This document shows positions 1-33,439 of a stretch of DNA of 64,000 bases, in pieces. The stretch lies in NCBI RefSeq assembly GCF_009914755.1, contig NC_060936.1; one strand, 5' to 3'. This DNA comes from the human T2T-CHM13v2.0 reference genome, Homo sapiens. The notes beneath the pieces were generated by a model. The model worked only from the letters and a program-made list of their open reading frames with translations. It was not told the origin of the DNA and made no database searches. Positions within the stretch are counted from its first letter, which is position 1, and each line of letters begins with the position of its first letter. Both the position numbers and the translations under genes were made by a program.

Positions 1-149
1 AATACCTGACAGTTTTTATCTGAAACTGTCTCTCCTCCCACTCCTCCTCCCTCAAGTAGAGCCCCGTGTCTGTCGTCCCCCTTTCTCCCCAAGTGTTCTC
101 ATTATTTAGTTCCCACTTATAGATGAGAACACGAGGTATTAATTATTTT

Positions 150-150
<1 letters not shown>
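1..150 (-). mobile_element. L1 3' UTR fragment (older L1PA/L1PB type)
   Basis: ctcattatttagttcccacttatagatgagaacacgaggtatt is the antisense L1 3' UTR signature. Confidence 0.7.
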
Positions 151-2990
<2,840 letters not shown>

Positions 2991-3984
2991 CTTAATTTTA
3001 TTCACTCTATCTCATACATACTCAAAGAGTTTTTTTGGAAGTCGATGCTAGCATAATCCCCATTGTGCATATTTCAGGGCTGGGGAGACCTGAAACACAC
3101 AATGACTTTTATATGATCACAGAAATGAGAAGAAAAAGAATATTCTAACCCAGCTCTGTTCCCTCAAGCCTGGGGCCCTGGCTACATTTAGATGTTTTCA
3201 GGAGGTAAGGGGCTTGTGTTTGTATAATTGTTTACAGGTGAAGAGTTGACATGGGAGAGGAGGGTGAGTAATCAGCAGCTGTGCCGGGCCTTTGCATACA
3301 TTTATGGAAGAAAAGGACTCAGGGGATGATGGAACCTTGAAGAATTAACACAATTCTCTTGTGACAGAACCTGACAAAATTTAGAACTTTGAAAACCAGA
3401 CACCCACATTCAAGAGACAGCCCTGTACCTGGCTCATTTCGTGGGAGATGCTTAAGAGAACACTATGTTCTTATTGTATGGTGACATTCCTAAGGTTTTG
3501 CCTTAGAAAGGTCCAAGTGAGAGCCTTTTCTAATAATATAGACATTGGCTCAGCTGGCATCATTGACGCCTCTGTCCATTTAGCAAGAGGCACCCACAGG
3601 TAACACAGTGTAGCCCAGGGCAGGTCTGACCATGCCAGGTCTCTCTTGTCACCTAATCTGGGAATTCTCACCTGGCCCACCATAACCATTTGTTGCATGG
3701 GGAGCAGGAAAGGAGGAGGATCTTCCTGACATGGGCAGGTTGCCAGGCGCTGGAACCGTGGTGGGTCTGTCATGTTCACACCCAGATAATGGCTAGTTGA
3801 ATAAAAAGTTGAGTGTTGGGGACCAAGTGTATCTACTCAGATGTAAATCCCAAGGCCTTAGGCTGTCCTCTGTTTTCCTCATGGGCTGGGGGTCTATGCA
3901 GATGCTCCTCTGTGTCTGATCTGGGGAGCAGAATTTCTAATGGAGATGTCACCTTGTGGTAAAAACAAGAGAGACGATTAACTA

Positions 3985-6541
<2,557 letters not shown>

Positions 6542-7282
6542 GCTGTTTAATGGGTTCAACTCCCCATCTCCTTGGACAAGGGGTAGGATCACAATACCAC
6601 CAAGCATGGCCCACAGTGAGCTATGGTGAGAGCAGGCACATGGGAGTCTCTAGAGACAGGGGCCTGACAAGGCCAGGATGGGCCCAAAACCCAGACCCAA
6701 ACATGGACTCCCTCTGGGCTCTGTCTTAGAGCTTTTGTCTCTGAGTGAACCAAAGTTCTGCCGTCAAAATTCTGGCCTTCATTAATCCCAATGCCAACTT
6801 GGTTAGGTGTAAAGTCCCTGTTTACATACTTGTAGAAATACCAGAGAAGCCCTTTGTGTTGTTTTTACTTTACAGTAGGCTGTATTTATTCATGTTGCTA
6901 TAGTTTGTATTGTTTTAACTATTTACCCCAAGTATCTTCTGTAGTAGGCAGCTTCACTGTACTGCCAGACTTTCTCTGAGACGTAAAATCCACGACTATT
7001 ACTAGGGAGCTTTTTACACAAAAATAGGAAAGAGGTTACATAAAATAAAAGTTACATTGTTCCCTGCATTTGTCTGCAATGTGTCATCTCAGAGAACTCA
7101 TCTCTGTAGCCCATCAGGGCAGAAGCTATGCTTTCACATGTCTTTGTAATGTTCTATAAAAGGAGATCATTTCCCAAAGTGGGTTAGCCTTTCAATGCCG
7201 GTGGAGCCTGCCATGATAACATTCTATTTTCATTTTAGCTGTAATGCAGAAAACATTATCTGTGTGTCATGATTGGCTGTAA

Positions 7283-7690
7283 CAGTTTGCTTGGGTTTCC
7301 ATAACCCAGTTCGGTGGACTGAAGTTCTCAATGGAAACTGAATTTCTCATAATTCTGGAGGCTAGAAATTGAACATCAAGCTATTGGCTGAAGTGGTTTC
7401 TCTAATGCCGCTTTCTACTTGAGATTAGTTGACTACCTTGTATTTCTGTTTTCACAGGGTCTTCCCTTGAGCCTCTGTGTCTTTACTCTTTTTAAAAGGA
7501 CTCCAGTCATGTTAGATTAGGGTCCACTTTACTGAACTTAATCACAGTCACTTCTTTAAAAACCATATGTCCAAACACTCACTCATACTTTGAGGCTGAT
7601 TACATTATATATGCCTTAGAATGTCAACATATAAATATTAGAATATCGACATATAAATTTGGGAGAAGGGACACAATTTAGAACATAATA
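7283..7690 (-). mobile_element. MLT1-type (MaLR) LTR
   Basis: tctcataattctggaggctagaa ... aaggactccagtcatgttagattagggtccac ... gggacacaattta. Confidence 0.7.
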
Positions 7691-8586
7691 TGCATTCATG
7701 GTAGATTGCCAGGAAGGTGATTACTGGGTGATTACATATATTAGGTGTAATCTAATATATGTTCTAGTAATAAATACTAGGTGATCACATATATACATAT
7801 GTATATATGTAAAATTTTTATAGCTACAGCCAGGTGACTTTCCACAAGGTCTGTGTCAATTACACTGTCATCAACAGTCCCTGAATATAGCTGCTTCTCT
7901 GGACCCAGCCTCTGCTGGATGTTAACATTCTTTTAATTTTTTGACAATCTCATGTCTGTGGGCCGATAAAAACACATTGGTCCTTTTATTTCCAGTTTTC
8001 CAACTGATATGTTTGAGTCACTTTTTAGTTGTTATTTTAAATATGGATTTGGGTTTTCTGTTCCTCCAGTTACCCCCTCAGATCTTTGGCTCTGTCATTA
8101 ATCCTGGAGTCTGCCAGCATTTGTCTTCTTACCAGGTCTGAAAATGTTGTGTCTGTTTCTTAAGACTTTCTTTAATATTAAAGAAAGAAAAACAATATAT
8201 TGCTTTAATTCAAAGTGTTCTTCTAAGCTGTCTTGCCCTGTTCACTGTCTCCAAAATGAAGAGGAAATAAGGCTTCTCCAGGTTCTTGCATGCAATGTCA
8301 GAAGCCACTGTTTCAGGTAATTTAGAGGGAATTTCATGCAGCCCTCTCTGTGAAAGGTTCTTAGTTCTGACCCACGTGCTGTTCAGCAGCCATTTGAAAT
8401 TGCGAAGCCTGTGTTTACTCATCTCTACACTGAGGACATTTTTGGAGAACTCAGTGGGAAAACACACTTTATACAGCCTATTAATATGGATGGGTGCTGT
8501 TGCTTCACAGTTGACAAAATTCCATGAGGATTTCTTGCAGGTATTAGTGGTTAGATTACCCTCAACCCCATATCAAATTTTTTTTA

Positions 8587-9147
<561 letters not shown>

Positions 9148-10290
9148 TCAGAATTTCTAAGCCAACCAGACTCTCTCTGGACAAAGCCACTATGTGAAAA
9201 TTGTGACTAGTGATTTTTTTAAATGCCCAAGTTTAATGGACATATATAATGTAATATAATATAATCAGCCAAAAATTACAGTATATACAAAGTATTAGGG
9301 TAATATTGCCCAATAAGAAAAACAAGATAAATATCCAGAAAACTACCCTAAAGAAATAGAGATGTATAAATTACCTAAAAATTTTAAAAATAATTATGTA
9401 AATGGTGCTCAGTGAGCAAAATGTGAGCACAGACAACTGAATAAAATCAGGAAAATGAGAACATAAACAATAAGATAAAAAATATTAAAAAGCAAATTAT
9501 GGAGTTGAAGAATATAAAAAGAAACAATTCCTGAGAAATTGTTAAGCTTAAGGAGAAAAACGTAAACATTAAAATGTTCAACAAATTTTAACCAGGATAA
9601 ACAGAAAAAGTTTTATAATAAGAAAAATTATAAGCAAAGTTTTGAAAGTCACAGACTAGTAGATAATCTTGAAAGCCAAAAAAGAAAAGCTATGTGTCAT
9701 TTATAAGGGTGCTTCTATGAGATAACAAGTGCATCTAGCTGCAGGAATCTTGCCGGCCAGAAGGGACATGGGTAATATAGTCAACGTGCTGAAAGAACAG
9801 AAACTTTTAAGCAAGAATACTATATCCAGATAAACTATTTATCAAGAGAAAGAAAAAGTAAAGTCCTTTCATGATGACCATATACTACAATACCATATCA
9901 CCACTAGGCCTGCACTACAAGAAATGCTAAAGAGAGTTTATTCATGAAAAATAAAGTGATGCTAAACAGCATCACAAAATTACCTGAAAGTATGTAACTC
10001 TCTGGAAAAGACATATACAGGCACAAAAATAAACTTCTGATAAATTCAAATGATGGTTCATAAAACATATGTAATTATGTTACATAATTTTAAAAAGCTG
10101 AAAAATATTCAACAACAGTTGTTAATGATATATAATATAAAAAGACATTAGTGACATCAATAATATAGAGTTGAGGCAGATGGAAAGAGAAAGAATGTTT
10201 GTATGCAACTAAAGTTAAGTTGTTACTGGCCAGGCGTGGTGGCTCACGCCTGTAATCACAGCACTTTGGGAGGGTGAGGCAGGTGGATCA

Positions 10291-10503
<213 letters not shown>

Positions 10504-11042
10504 TTAAAAAAAAAAAAAAACGTTAAGTTGTTACCAATTTAAAATATATTGTAACTTTAAGAGGTTTTATGGGCTAAGCACAGTGGCTCATGCCTATAAT
10601 CCCAGTACTTTGGGAGGCTAAGGTGGGCAAATCCCAACATCAGGAGTTTGAGACCAGCCTGGCCAACATGGTAAACAACCCACCCGTCTCTACTAAAAAT
10701 ACCAAAAATTAGCCAGGTGTGGCAGTGGGCACCTGTAATCCCAGCTCTGGGGGAGGCTGAGGCAGAAGAATCATTTGAACTCAGGAGGCAGAGGTTGCAG
10801 TGAGCTGAGATCGCACCACTGCACTCCAGCCTGAGTGACAGTGTCAGACTCCTTCTCAAAAAAAAAAAAAAAGAGGTTTTATGTAATCCCCATGGTAACC
10901 ACAAGGAAAATATTTAGAGACACACACACACACACAAATACATTAAAGTATGTCACTACAAAAATCAAGACAAGAGGGATGATTAAAAGGAGTGGGTAAA
11001 GGGGACAACATTACTATAAAAATCAGAGAAAACAATGACAAA

Positions 11043-11237
11043 TGGACACAGGAAGAGGAACATCACACACCGAGGCCTGCTGTGGGGTGGTGGGAGGGGG
11101 AAGGGATAGCATTAGGAGATATGCCTAATGTTAAATGAAGAGTTAATGGGTGCTGCACACCAACATGGCACATGTATACATATGTAACTAACTTGCATGT
11201 TGTGCACATGTACCCTAAAACTTAAAGTATAATAAAA
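11043..11237 (+). mobile_element. Severely 5'-truncated L1PA (3' UTR only)
   Basis: ggacacaggaagaggaacatcacacacc ... cctaaaacttaaagtataat; flanking repeat aatgacaaa is a candidate TSD. Confidence 0.85.
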
Positions 11238-11906
11238 AATGACAAAAGTAAGCTCTTCACTTTCAAAAACATATTTTAATATGTAAGAACTAAACTTTTC
11301 AATCAAAACATGTAAATTGAATAGAGGGATTAATAAAATAAAACCCAACTTTATCCTCTCCATAAGTGACTCACTTCAGATCTAATGTCAAAACTAGGCT
11401 GAAAGTAGCAAGATGAAAATAGACTTTAGATGTAAATGGAAATCAAATGAGAGCAGTGCTGGTCACAGCTTTGTTAGGCAAAATACATTTTAGTCACAGT
11501 TCATAAAATAAACTTTAAGTCTGCTGGGCACGGTGGTTCACACCTGTAATCTCAGCACTTGGGAGGCCGAGGCAGGCAGATCACGAGGTCAGGAGATGGA
11601 GACCATCCTGGCTAACACGGTGAAACCCTGTCTCTACTAAAAATACAAAAAGTTAGTCAGGCGTGATGGCGGGTGCCTGTAGTCCCAGCTACTCAGGAGG
11701 CTGAGGCAGGAGGTGGAGCTTGCAGTGAGCCAAGATTGCGCCACTGCACTCCAGCCTGGGTGACAGAGTGAGACTCTTCCTCAAAAAAATAAATAAATAA
11801 ATAAATAAAAATAAATAAACTTTAAGTCTAAACTGTCACAGGAGACAAAGAAGGACATTAAATAATAATAAAAGGGCTCATTCACTGAGAACTTATGAAA
11901 TTTTAT

Positions 11907-11908
<2 letters not shown>

Positions 11909-11953
<45 letters not shown>
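11909..11953. repeat. (TG)n(TA)n microsatellite
   Basis: Directly visible. Confidence 0.95.
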
Positions 11954-11955
<2 letters not shown>

Positions 11956-12492
11956 AATTATCACACCGGTGTTTCCAAATGTATAAAGCAAACATTGAAA
12001 TAATTATTACAATAGACAGAAAAATAATAGTAGAATACTTTAATACAAACTTTTAATAATAAATAATAAAGCTAGCCTAAATATTAATAAGAAAACAAAA
12101 GTTTTGAAAACACTAGAGAAAAATTAGACCTAATGGGAATATACAAAATACACAACAACAGCAAAACACACAATTTTCTCAATAGCTCATAAAACATTCT
12201 CCTAGACACACCGCCTATTAGGCCACAAAACAAGACTTAACAATTTTTTAAAAATAGAAATCTTAGACTATTATTTCTGATCAAAATAGAATAAAACTAG
12301 AAATTGGTAACAAGAAAACAAAAATGTCAACATATATGGAAATTAAACAACTCACTTTTGAGCATGCTCATGTTCAAGGGTTGTAAGACTTAATATTGTG
12401 AAGATGTTCATACTTCCTAGGGTGCTACAGATTCAATGCAATCCCTTTTAAATTACCTTTTTTTTTTTTTTTTTTTAAATAGGAAAAGCAAC

Positions 12493-13592
12493 TGTTGCAG
12501 GATGTCAGGGACCAAATGGAGGGACCAGCTGAAGCCATGGCAGAAGAATGTGGATTGTGAAGATTTCACGGACATTTATTAGTTCCCCAAATTAATATTT
12601 TTATGATTTCTTATGCCTGTCTTTATTGCAATCTCTAAGCATAAGTTGTGAAGACTTCATGGACACTTATCACTTCCCCAATCAATACCCTTGTGATTTC
12701 CTATGCCTGTCTTTACTTTAATCTCTTAATCCTGTCATCTCATAAGCTGAGGAGGATGTATGTCACCTCAGGACCCTGTGACAATTGCATTAACTGTACA
12801 AATTGTAGAGCATGTGTGTTTGAACAATATGAAATCTGGCCAACTTGAAAAAAGAACAGGATAAAAGCAATGTTCAGGGAACAAGAGAGATAACCTTAAA
12901 CTCTGACCACTGGTGAGCCAGGCGGAACAGAGCCATATTTCTCTTCTTTCAAAAGCAAATGGGAGAAATATCACTGAATTCTTTTTCTCAGCAAAAAACA
13001 ACCCTGAGAAAGAGAATGTGCCCCTGAGGGTGGGCCTCTAAAATGGCCCCCTTGGGTGTGGCCATCTTCTATGGTTGAAACTGTAGGGGTGAAATAAGCC
13101 CCAGTCTCCCATAGTTCACCCAGGCTTATTAGGATGAGGAAATTCCTGCCTAATAAATTTTGGTCAGACTGGTTGCTCTCAAACCCTGTCTCCCAATAAG
13201 ATGTTATCCATGACAATGGTGCCCGAAACTTCATTAGCAATTTTAATTTCACCCCGGTCCTGTGGTCTTGTGATCTCACCCTGCCTCCATTTGCCTTGTG
13301 ATATTCTATTACCTTGTGAAGTAAGTGATCTCTGTGACCCACACCCTATTCATACACTCCCTCCCCTTTTGAAAATTCCTAATAAAAACTCTCTGGTTTT
13401 GCGGCTTGTGGGGCATCACAGAACCTACCGACATGTGATGTCTCCCCTGGATGCCCAACTTTAAAATTTCTCTCTTTTGTACTCTGTCCCTTTATTTCTC
13501 AAACCAGCTGGCGCTTGGGGAAAATAGAAAAGAACCTATGTGAAATATCGGAGGTGAATTTTGCCTGATATCTGGCTGAATTTACCCCAATA
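12493..13592 (+). mobile_element. Solo ERVK LTR, MER11-like
   Basis: Starts tgttgcaggatgtcagggacc...gaagccatggcagaagaa, about 1.1 kb, AATAAA at 13381, 6-bp TSD agcaac at 12487-12492 and 13593-13598. Confidence 0.85.
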
Positions 13593-14309
13593 AGCAACCA
13601 ACAAATTATATGGAATCTCAAGGGACAATAAAGAGCCAAAAAATGTTTAACAAAATAAATAATGTTAGTGACCTCATCTTTTCTGATTTCAAAGCACATT
13701 AAAAGCTACAGTAATAAAAACAATTTGGTTCTGGCATAAAGACAGACTAGTTTTCCAATAAAACACAATGTAGCACAGATGCAAACCTCACACATATGGG
13801 CAAATAGTTATTGGAACACCTATATTCATTGAAGCATTATTCACAAAGGCCAATATTTGAAAGCAAAACAAACTTTCCTCACTGAATGAATGAGTAAATA
13901 CAATTTGTAATATTAAAGTAATGGAAAACTACTCAGCTTTTCAAAGCAAAAAATCTTGTGACATCCACAATAAAGATAAACCTTGAGCATATGATGTTAA
14001 GTAAACTTAGCCACAATAAAACAGATACTCTATGATTCCACTTATATGTAATATCTACAGTATTGGAACTCTTAGAAACAGAAAATGGAATGGTTTTTAT
14101 GAGGAGCCAGGTGGTAAAAAAAAATGGGTATTATTAATTTATTTCTCACATACTGAGTTTTAGTTTTGCAACATAAAAAAGTTTTACAGATATGTTGCAT
14201 AACAATGAAAATACACTTAACATGACTAAACTGTATAAGAAAAAATATTTAAGATTATCGATTTATGTTACATATTTTTACCACAATTAAAATTAAAAAT
14301 GACACCTGA

Positions 14310-14592
14310 GGGCAGGGTGCAGTGGCTCAGGCCTGTAATCCCAGCACTCTGGGAGGCCGAGGTGTGCAGATCACTTGAGGTTAAGAATTCAAGACCAGCC
14401 TGGCCCCATCTCTACTAAAAATACAAAAATTAGCCAGGCCTGGTGGTACATGTCTTTAATCCCAGCTACTCAGGAGGCTGAAGCAGGATAAATGCTTTAA
14501 CCTGGGAGGTGGAGGTTGCAGTGAGTGGAGACTGTGCCACTGCACTTTGGGTGACAGAGCAAGACTCTCTCTTAAAAAAAATAAATAAATAA
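14310..14592 (+). mobile_element. Alu
   Basis: Alu consensus with small internal deletions. Confidence 0.9.
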
Positions 14593-15285
14593 GACACCTA
14601 ATAGAGACAGAGTTATAAACTTTCTGAAAAATTACCTTCAAACCACAAAACTGTTTCTTTCACACTAAGATAATATAAGATAAAGATGTTGAAATTAGGA
14701 CAATATTTCCATGACTACTCACCTAGACAGAATCAATTATTGGCCATGAGCCAAGAAGAAAAATATACAAATAATAAACAAAATAGGTGTAACATTTACA
14801 CAAACAAACAAACACTCAGATAATTATACTGACAAAGGACATAGGGCTGATTCATAGCTGACTTTTGTCCCACACTGTCTTAAGGTGTACAGAGTTGAAT
14901 ATTGTCATACAAAATTATAATATATAAATTAAAACTAAAAACAGTAAACTCATGTAAGGTGGCCTACCCTAAAAAATGAAACACAGAAATACAAAATTGC
15001 AAACAAAGTTAAAATTAACATTAACTCCCAAAATTCTGATTTGGATACTGTAATTCAAAACCATAATACATAGGTAGAAACTAGAAACACAACTGATGTG
15101 AGGCAGCCTACTCTAAAAAATACAGAAGTATAAAATACAAAACATAAGGAAGAGAAACTTTAACCCATAAAATCCTGAATAAACATAGAAAAGAATTCTA
15201 GATAACTACAATTTTCAACTCTAACTGTGCATCCAAGAAAATCATGAATTTTGAATTGTTTGGATACAATTAGGGCAACATTTCA

Positions 15286-19365
<4,080 letters not shown>

Positions 19366-19431
19366 TTCAGTAATACTAGAGAAACTTTTAAATTATGCTA
19401 CTGATACATTGATACATTTCTGCTTTTCATT

Positions 19432-20367
<936 letters not shown>

Positions 20368-20769
20368 TGATCATGTTATTGTAGAACTTCTAAAACTAAG
20401 ATTACAGACAAATTACAGACATATGACAATTCAGAAAGTGAAAACACAGTCATGGTAATCTTTATGTTAAAGAAGACAGAATCACAAAATAATAAATGAG
20501 AAATAAGTTAATAATTGGGAATTCAATATATGTTCAGCAATGTTCTAATTTCCCTTATGGGAAAAGTTTTTGTAAGGAATCCATAAAATGAGTACATACA
20601 ATAAATCGCCCTACAGTAGAGATTGTTGGCATATAGAGTTTAAATGTTTAAGATTAGGCATAAAGTTTTTCAGTCAAATTTTTTGCAGAATAATGTATTA
20701 AACCTTCATAGGTTGTGAAATTATAAAGCAGAAAACATATGTCATCTGTCTGGTGTTCCTGGAATTTCT

Positions 20770-22794
<2,025 letters not shown>

Positions 22795-22850
22795 TCATAC
22801 ACTTCTGACTTGAAGCACCACAGATTTATTAAAAAATGTCATAACATGAT

Positions 22851-23472
<622 letters not shown>

Positions 23473-23505
23473 CTATGTGTTACCTGCTCATTTATTTTCA
23501 CCTTG

Positions 23506-23577
23506 CTTTGTATATGGCTTTTGCCTCCTCTCTTTTCACACTCCAGGAATTTTTTCTTTGCTACAGACTGTCCACCA
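23506..23577 (-). pseudogene. Degenerate KRAB-B exon remnant of a ZNF91-type KRAB zinc-finger gene
   Basis: Minus strand reads VDSL*QRKNSWSVKREEAKAIYK (cf. KRAB-B LITCLEQGKEPWNVKRHE), followed by gagaggtccaaagg...tttaaatgtggtttgg typical of ZNF91-family introns; no KRAB-A or finger exon seen. Confidence 0.6.
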
Positions 23578-24025
23578 CAGTTTTTTTTTTTTTTTCCTTC
23601 CCCACAACAGTAATTGGGCTCACCAGAAAATGCCCAACTCCCAGCATCTTCCTCAGGAGAGATTTTAAACTGTAGAATATGCGTTGAAATATTTGTCTTT
23701 TTGAGAGATTGCCTAATGACTAGATTGTCTCTCTCCTGACATGGAGTGCTGAAGGACATGATGGGGTCATACGGATGACAGTGGTGTCGGATGAGAAGAA
23801 AGATGAATGCTGGGTTACAGCACTAGAGAAACTGCAACACCACAGAGAGTCAACTGAGGAAGAAAACAGGTAATCAATCTAAAAACAATGAAACTAATTC
23901 TCTTTAACTTAGAAATACACACAAATCCAAACAAGACATATCTGAGAATGCGTCTGTGAAGCAACCAGAATGTGTAATCCATAGCCTCGCTGATTGCTGT
24001 CAGTATCCCCCGCTTTACTAACCCA

Positions 24026-24380
24026 GTTTTTTGTTTTGTTTTGTTTTGGTTTTTTAGTTGTTTTTTGTTTGTTTGTTTTTTGTTTTTTTTTTTTTTTGAG
24101 ATGGAGTTTTGCTGTCACCCACGCTGGAGTGCAGTGGTGCAATCTCAGCTCACTTCGACCTCCGTCTCCCAGGTTCAAGCGATTCTCTTGCCTCAGTCTC
24201 CTGAGTAGCTGGGACGACAGGTGGGCACCACAACACCAGGCTAATTTTTTGTATTTTCAGTAAAGACGGTGTTTTGCCATGTTAGTCAGGCTGGTCTCAA
24301 AACACCTGGCCTCCAGTAATCTGCCCGTCTCGGCCTCCCAAAGTGCTGGGATTGCAGGCATAAGCTATCGCACCCAGCGG
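24026..24380 (-). mobile_element. Alu
   Basis: Antisense Alu with a (TTTTG)n head. Confidence 0.9.
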
Positions 24381-24399
24381 TGCCAGTCTTTAAATGCTA

Positions 24400-25385
24400 G
24401 ATTTTAAGGATGTTGTATGAATTTCCAGATCTTATAAAAAAATTACAAGGCATACAGAGAAGATGGAAAATATGCTTCACTGGAAGAAACAGAATAAATA
24501 TCCAGAAGTTGAATCTTAAGAAATGAAGATTTTTGCATATCTGATGAAGAATTCAAAATAATCAACTTAAGCATTCTCAGTGAACAAAAATAAAACAAAA
24601 ATAGACAATTGAATAGCATTTAAAATAATAAATGACCAAAATGTGATATCAACAAAGAGATGAAACCTTTTTCTAAAAACCCAACAGAAATTGTGGAGTT
24701 GAAGGATACAATAAGTGAGGTTTAAAAATTCCCTACAGAGACACAACAGCAAACAATGGAGCAAAAAATGAATCAGGAAATTAAGCCTGTATTATTCACA
24801 AATATTTAGGCCTGGAAACTAATTTTTGAAAAGAATGAGAAAAATAAGGGTGAAATATGAGACTTACTGGACACCATCAAGTAGACCAATATATTCAGAG
24901 AAAGGTTCTTATAGAAATAATATAGGAAGAAAATGGCAGAAGTGTTATTTGGGGGAAAAAGAGGGGATGCTGAGAACTTTACACATTTCAGTGATGAAAC
25001 AAAAAATACTAGCAACCAAGAATAATTGATCTGGAAAAAACTGTACTTCAAAAATTAGAAAAAATAAATACTTTCAAATATTGAAATAAAAAATCTAAGG
25101 TTGTTTACTACTAGAATAACCTTAGAAAAAAAATGCTGAAGAGAGTCAATTATGTTGAAACATTAAATGTTGCTGGACAGCATCATAAAACCATATGAAA
25201 ATATAAAACTCTCTGTTAAATGTAAATATATACACAGATATAAAATTTGCTATTGTAATAATAATGGTGCATAAAATTCTTAAATCTCTGTGAAAATACA
25301 CACAATATAGAGAGATATAATTTGTAACATTAATAAGAAAGTAGGGAAAGTAAAAATGAGTACATTTTGTATGCTGTTAACTCGA
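24400..25385 (+). mobile_element. Old L1M fragment (ORF1 region)
   Basis: aaagaattcaaaataatc, acaccatcaagtagaccaatat and similar A-rich L1 ORF1 motifs. Confidence 0.65.
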
Positions 25386-25738
25386 AGTTGAAGGCAAAAT
25401 CTGTTTGCACTGGAGACCTTAGCACTGGGCAAGAGAGGAGGCAAAGCTGCCATTTTGTCTCCCTTAGTTCTTCCATCTCCCCCTACTCTGCATAGGGATT
25501 TTTCTTGGTCTGCAGGAATAGTCAGTGTGGCCAGGCTTTGTTCTGCACACACAGACAGGTGCAAGTAGGCATGTCATGTATAGACGGGGCCTGGGATTCT
25601 AAAAAAAATAAATTTTGAAAAATTGGAAAACTGAGAATTTTTGGCATGATTCTCAGGACTTTGGGCTGCGGAAAGTGTAAGTCCTTGCTTCTAGCCATGT
25701 GGTTTCTCATCAGAGTTGTTGGGGCGTTCTCCCTACAG

Positions 25739-31162
<5,424 letters not shown>

Positions 31163-33439
31163 AAATTAACGATGCCTCCCAAAAGATATGTTTGCAATGG
31201 CTCATCAATATTTGATGCAGAGGCCTAAATGAAGACACATGAATGGAGTATGTGGACATCAGTTAGCAGCTGGGAAACAGGTGCCTCTCAGGCCTCTCAT
31301 CCTCCAGCAAGTGTGGAACGTGCCCAAGCCCATGAGTGTATACACCTGGAATGTATACATCTGGCTGCTGCTTTTGCTGCCACTATCCCCAGGACCAATC
31401 TGGCTTAAAATCTGGATTTTAAGTAGAAAAGATAAGAGGCTTTTCTGTGTCCTGGAATAGGAAGCCAGAGATCTGTGTAGGGCTGGCATTGGGTGCACAT
31501 TAGTTTTGTGACAGGATGGCAGCTGCAGTGGTTTTGTTAATCATGATAGGCCTGGCCTGGTTGTAGCTCTGATTGAGAGGGAGGGAGTCAGCAGTGGTGG
31601 TCATGCAGACGTCCAAGTGGCCAACCCTGGCCTGTCTGCTCTCAGGCACAGCAAGAGGCACCACCACAGGCCCTGACTTGCCTCCCTACTCCCTGCATGC
31701 CAGATGGGAATACCCAGAGGCTACAATCTGAATGTATTATTCTCCCATTTTGACCCGAGCTGCCTAATACACAGTGGGGATAGGGTGGGTGAAGGGCCTG
31801 GGGGAAAGCAGGGCTGGATCATGGAACCTGGGGGAAATTTAGAGATACAGGAGTGATTGTCACCTCTCTGTGGAGCCCAGCTCCCTACCTGGTCCTTGCC
31901 ACGCAGCCCCTTCTACAGAGACCAGCTCTGGGGAGTTTGGGGATCCCTAAGGCCCCAGGCTGCTCCTTGTCACCCCCTGTCTGTGCTCCTTCCCTTTCCT
32001 GCTGGCAAAGCCCAACATGGCGGAGGAAGTTGCTGCCCTGTGAGCCTGAGGGAGCTGTGTCTGACTGGGATTTTGCAAAGCTCTACTTATGAATATGGTC
32101 TGTCCAGATACCCTGTTTCAAAGGAAGTGAGTATGAGGTAGCAAGTGTAGCAACCCCACAGTTGATCAATAACTTTTTCTTGTTTTTAAACCATCACATT
32201 TTCATTTCACATTGAAATAAAGTAAGTGAAACCTGCTACCCCAGCCTCGCCTGTGTGTTCTGTAACCCAGACTCATTTGGTTGTGAGGGCTGTTGTTAGA
32301 AATGTTATGAAAAGAACAATATGCATAAATTAGATCAAATGTAAAATTATGCTTATAATGTCACTTGAGTGGGAGGTAAGAGGGTGGAGTCACAGGCACT
32401 CAGTTGGAGTTTACCCACCTCTCGCTTACCAGGCTCATGAGTGTGGCACAGATGAACATCACCTGACACTGGTGACAGAAGAGAAAACGCCGGCATGAAG
32501 GCTAGGTGGGGGAGAGATGCCAGGCTGTGGGGCTAGGCCCTGGGCATGCTGAGCCTGTTAGGTCACTGGACATCTAACTGCCCGGGCACCAGCCCTTGTC
32601 ACATCAGTTGAGGTAAGAAGATTGGGCAGTACTCTTCAGAAGTCACACTGCTCTGGGAGAATGGAGGAGAATCTACAACTTCTCATCCTAGGGTAGGTTT
32701 TAGAGTGAGCTGGACACTCTTGGAGAGCTAATGAGATGGGAGGAAGGCAGTCCCCCAGGTGCACCTGATGGCCAGAGCCTAGGAAGTGAGGCGGGGTGTG
32801 TGCGGGTGGCCAGTCCCTATGAGAGGAGGAGTTTAAAGCTTTTACAGCTGGTGGCTGCTGCTCAGTCATCCCTCTGCATAGCAGGCAGGTCCTCAGCCAC
32901 ATGTATAGCTGAATGTCTTTTGGAGTGTTTAGAGGGTGCTGTATGTCTTAGAAATTCCTTTCCCCTGGCCTTGTCCAGTGAACACGGTTCACATGGCCAA
33001 CACCACTTCTTGAGATGTGGGCATCATGCTAAGCTGAGAATGGATTGGGTTTAGTTACCATTGTGCCTCCTCCTCACCTGAGAGGCCTATTTTCTTTGGT
33101 TGATTCCTTAAGTGTATTAGTGCTGTCAGTCACTTTTGGACAACTGAAATGACAAGTGGCTGTTGTTTCATTAAAAAATGAAGGCTTTGAATGTGAAACC
33201 CTCCTTTTCTCCTCTCCTTCTCTTAGATGAAAGATTTTGTTTTATAAAAAAGGGTACACAGTGGTATCCCAGCAGGTGTAGTGTGAGAACTGGCATGTGC
33301 TAGGCTATGGTTTCAGTGTGGATGGGCAATTCTTCAGGATGGAAAACCAAGTCTCACTGAGTTGCTGGAGCCATACTCGCCTTTCTCCACATCCCCCACC
33401 AAGGGCTTTCACTTTTCTCCCGTGCTTGAATTTTTTTAA

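Noticed and set aside
6820-6860. gagaagccc resembling a C2H2 linker
   Set aside because: Single occurrence with no 84-bp periodicity or Cys/His pattern
8286-8400. Peptide HAMSEA..SPLCE..LT loosely resembling FRG2
   Set aside because: Similarity is too short and gapped to support without a search
31990-32040. PFPAG motif suggesting a RARRES2 pseudogene
   Set aside because: Only five residues match and there is no collinear continuation
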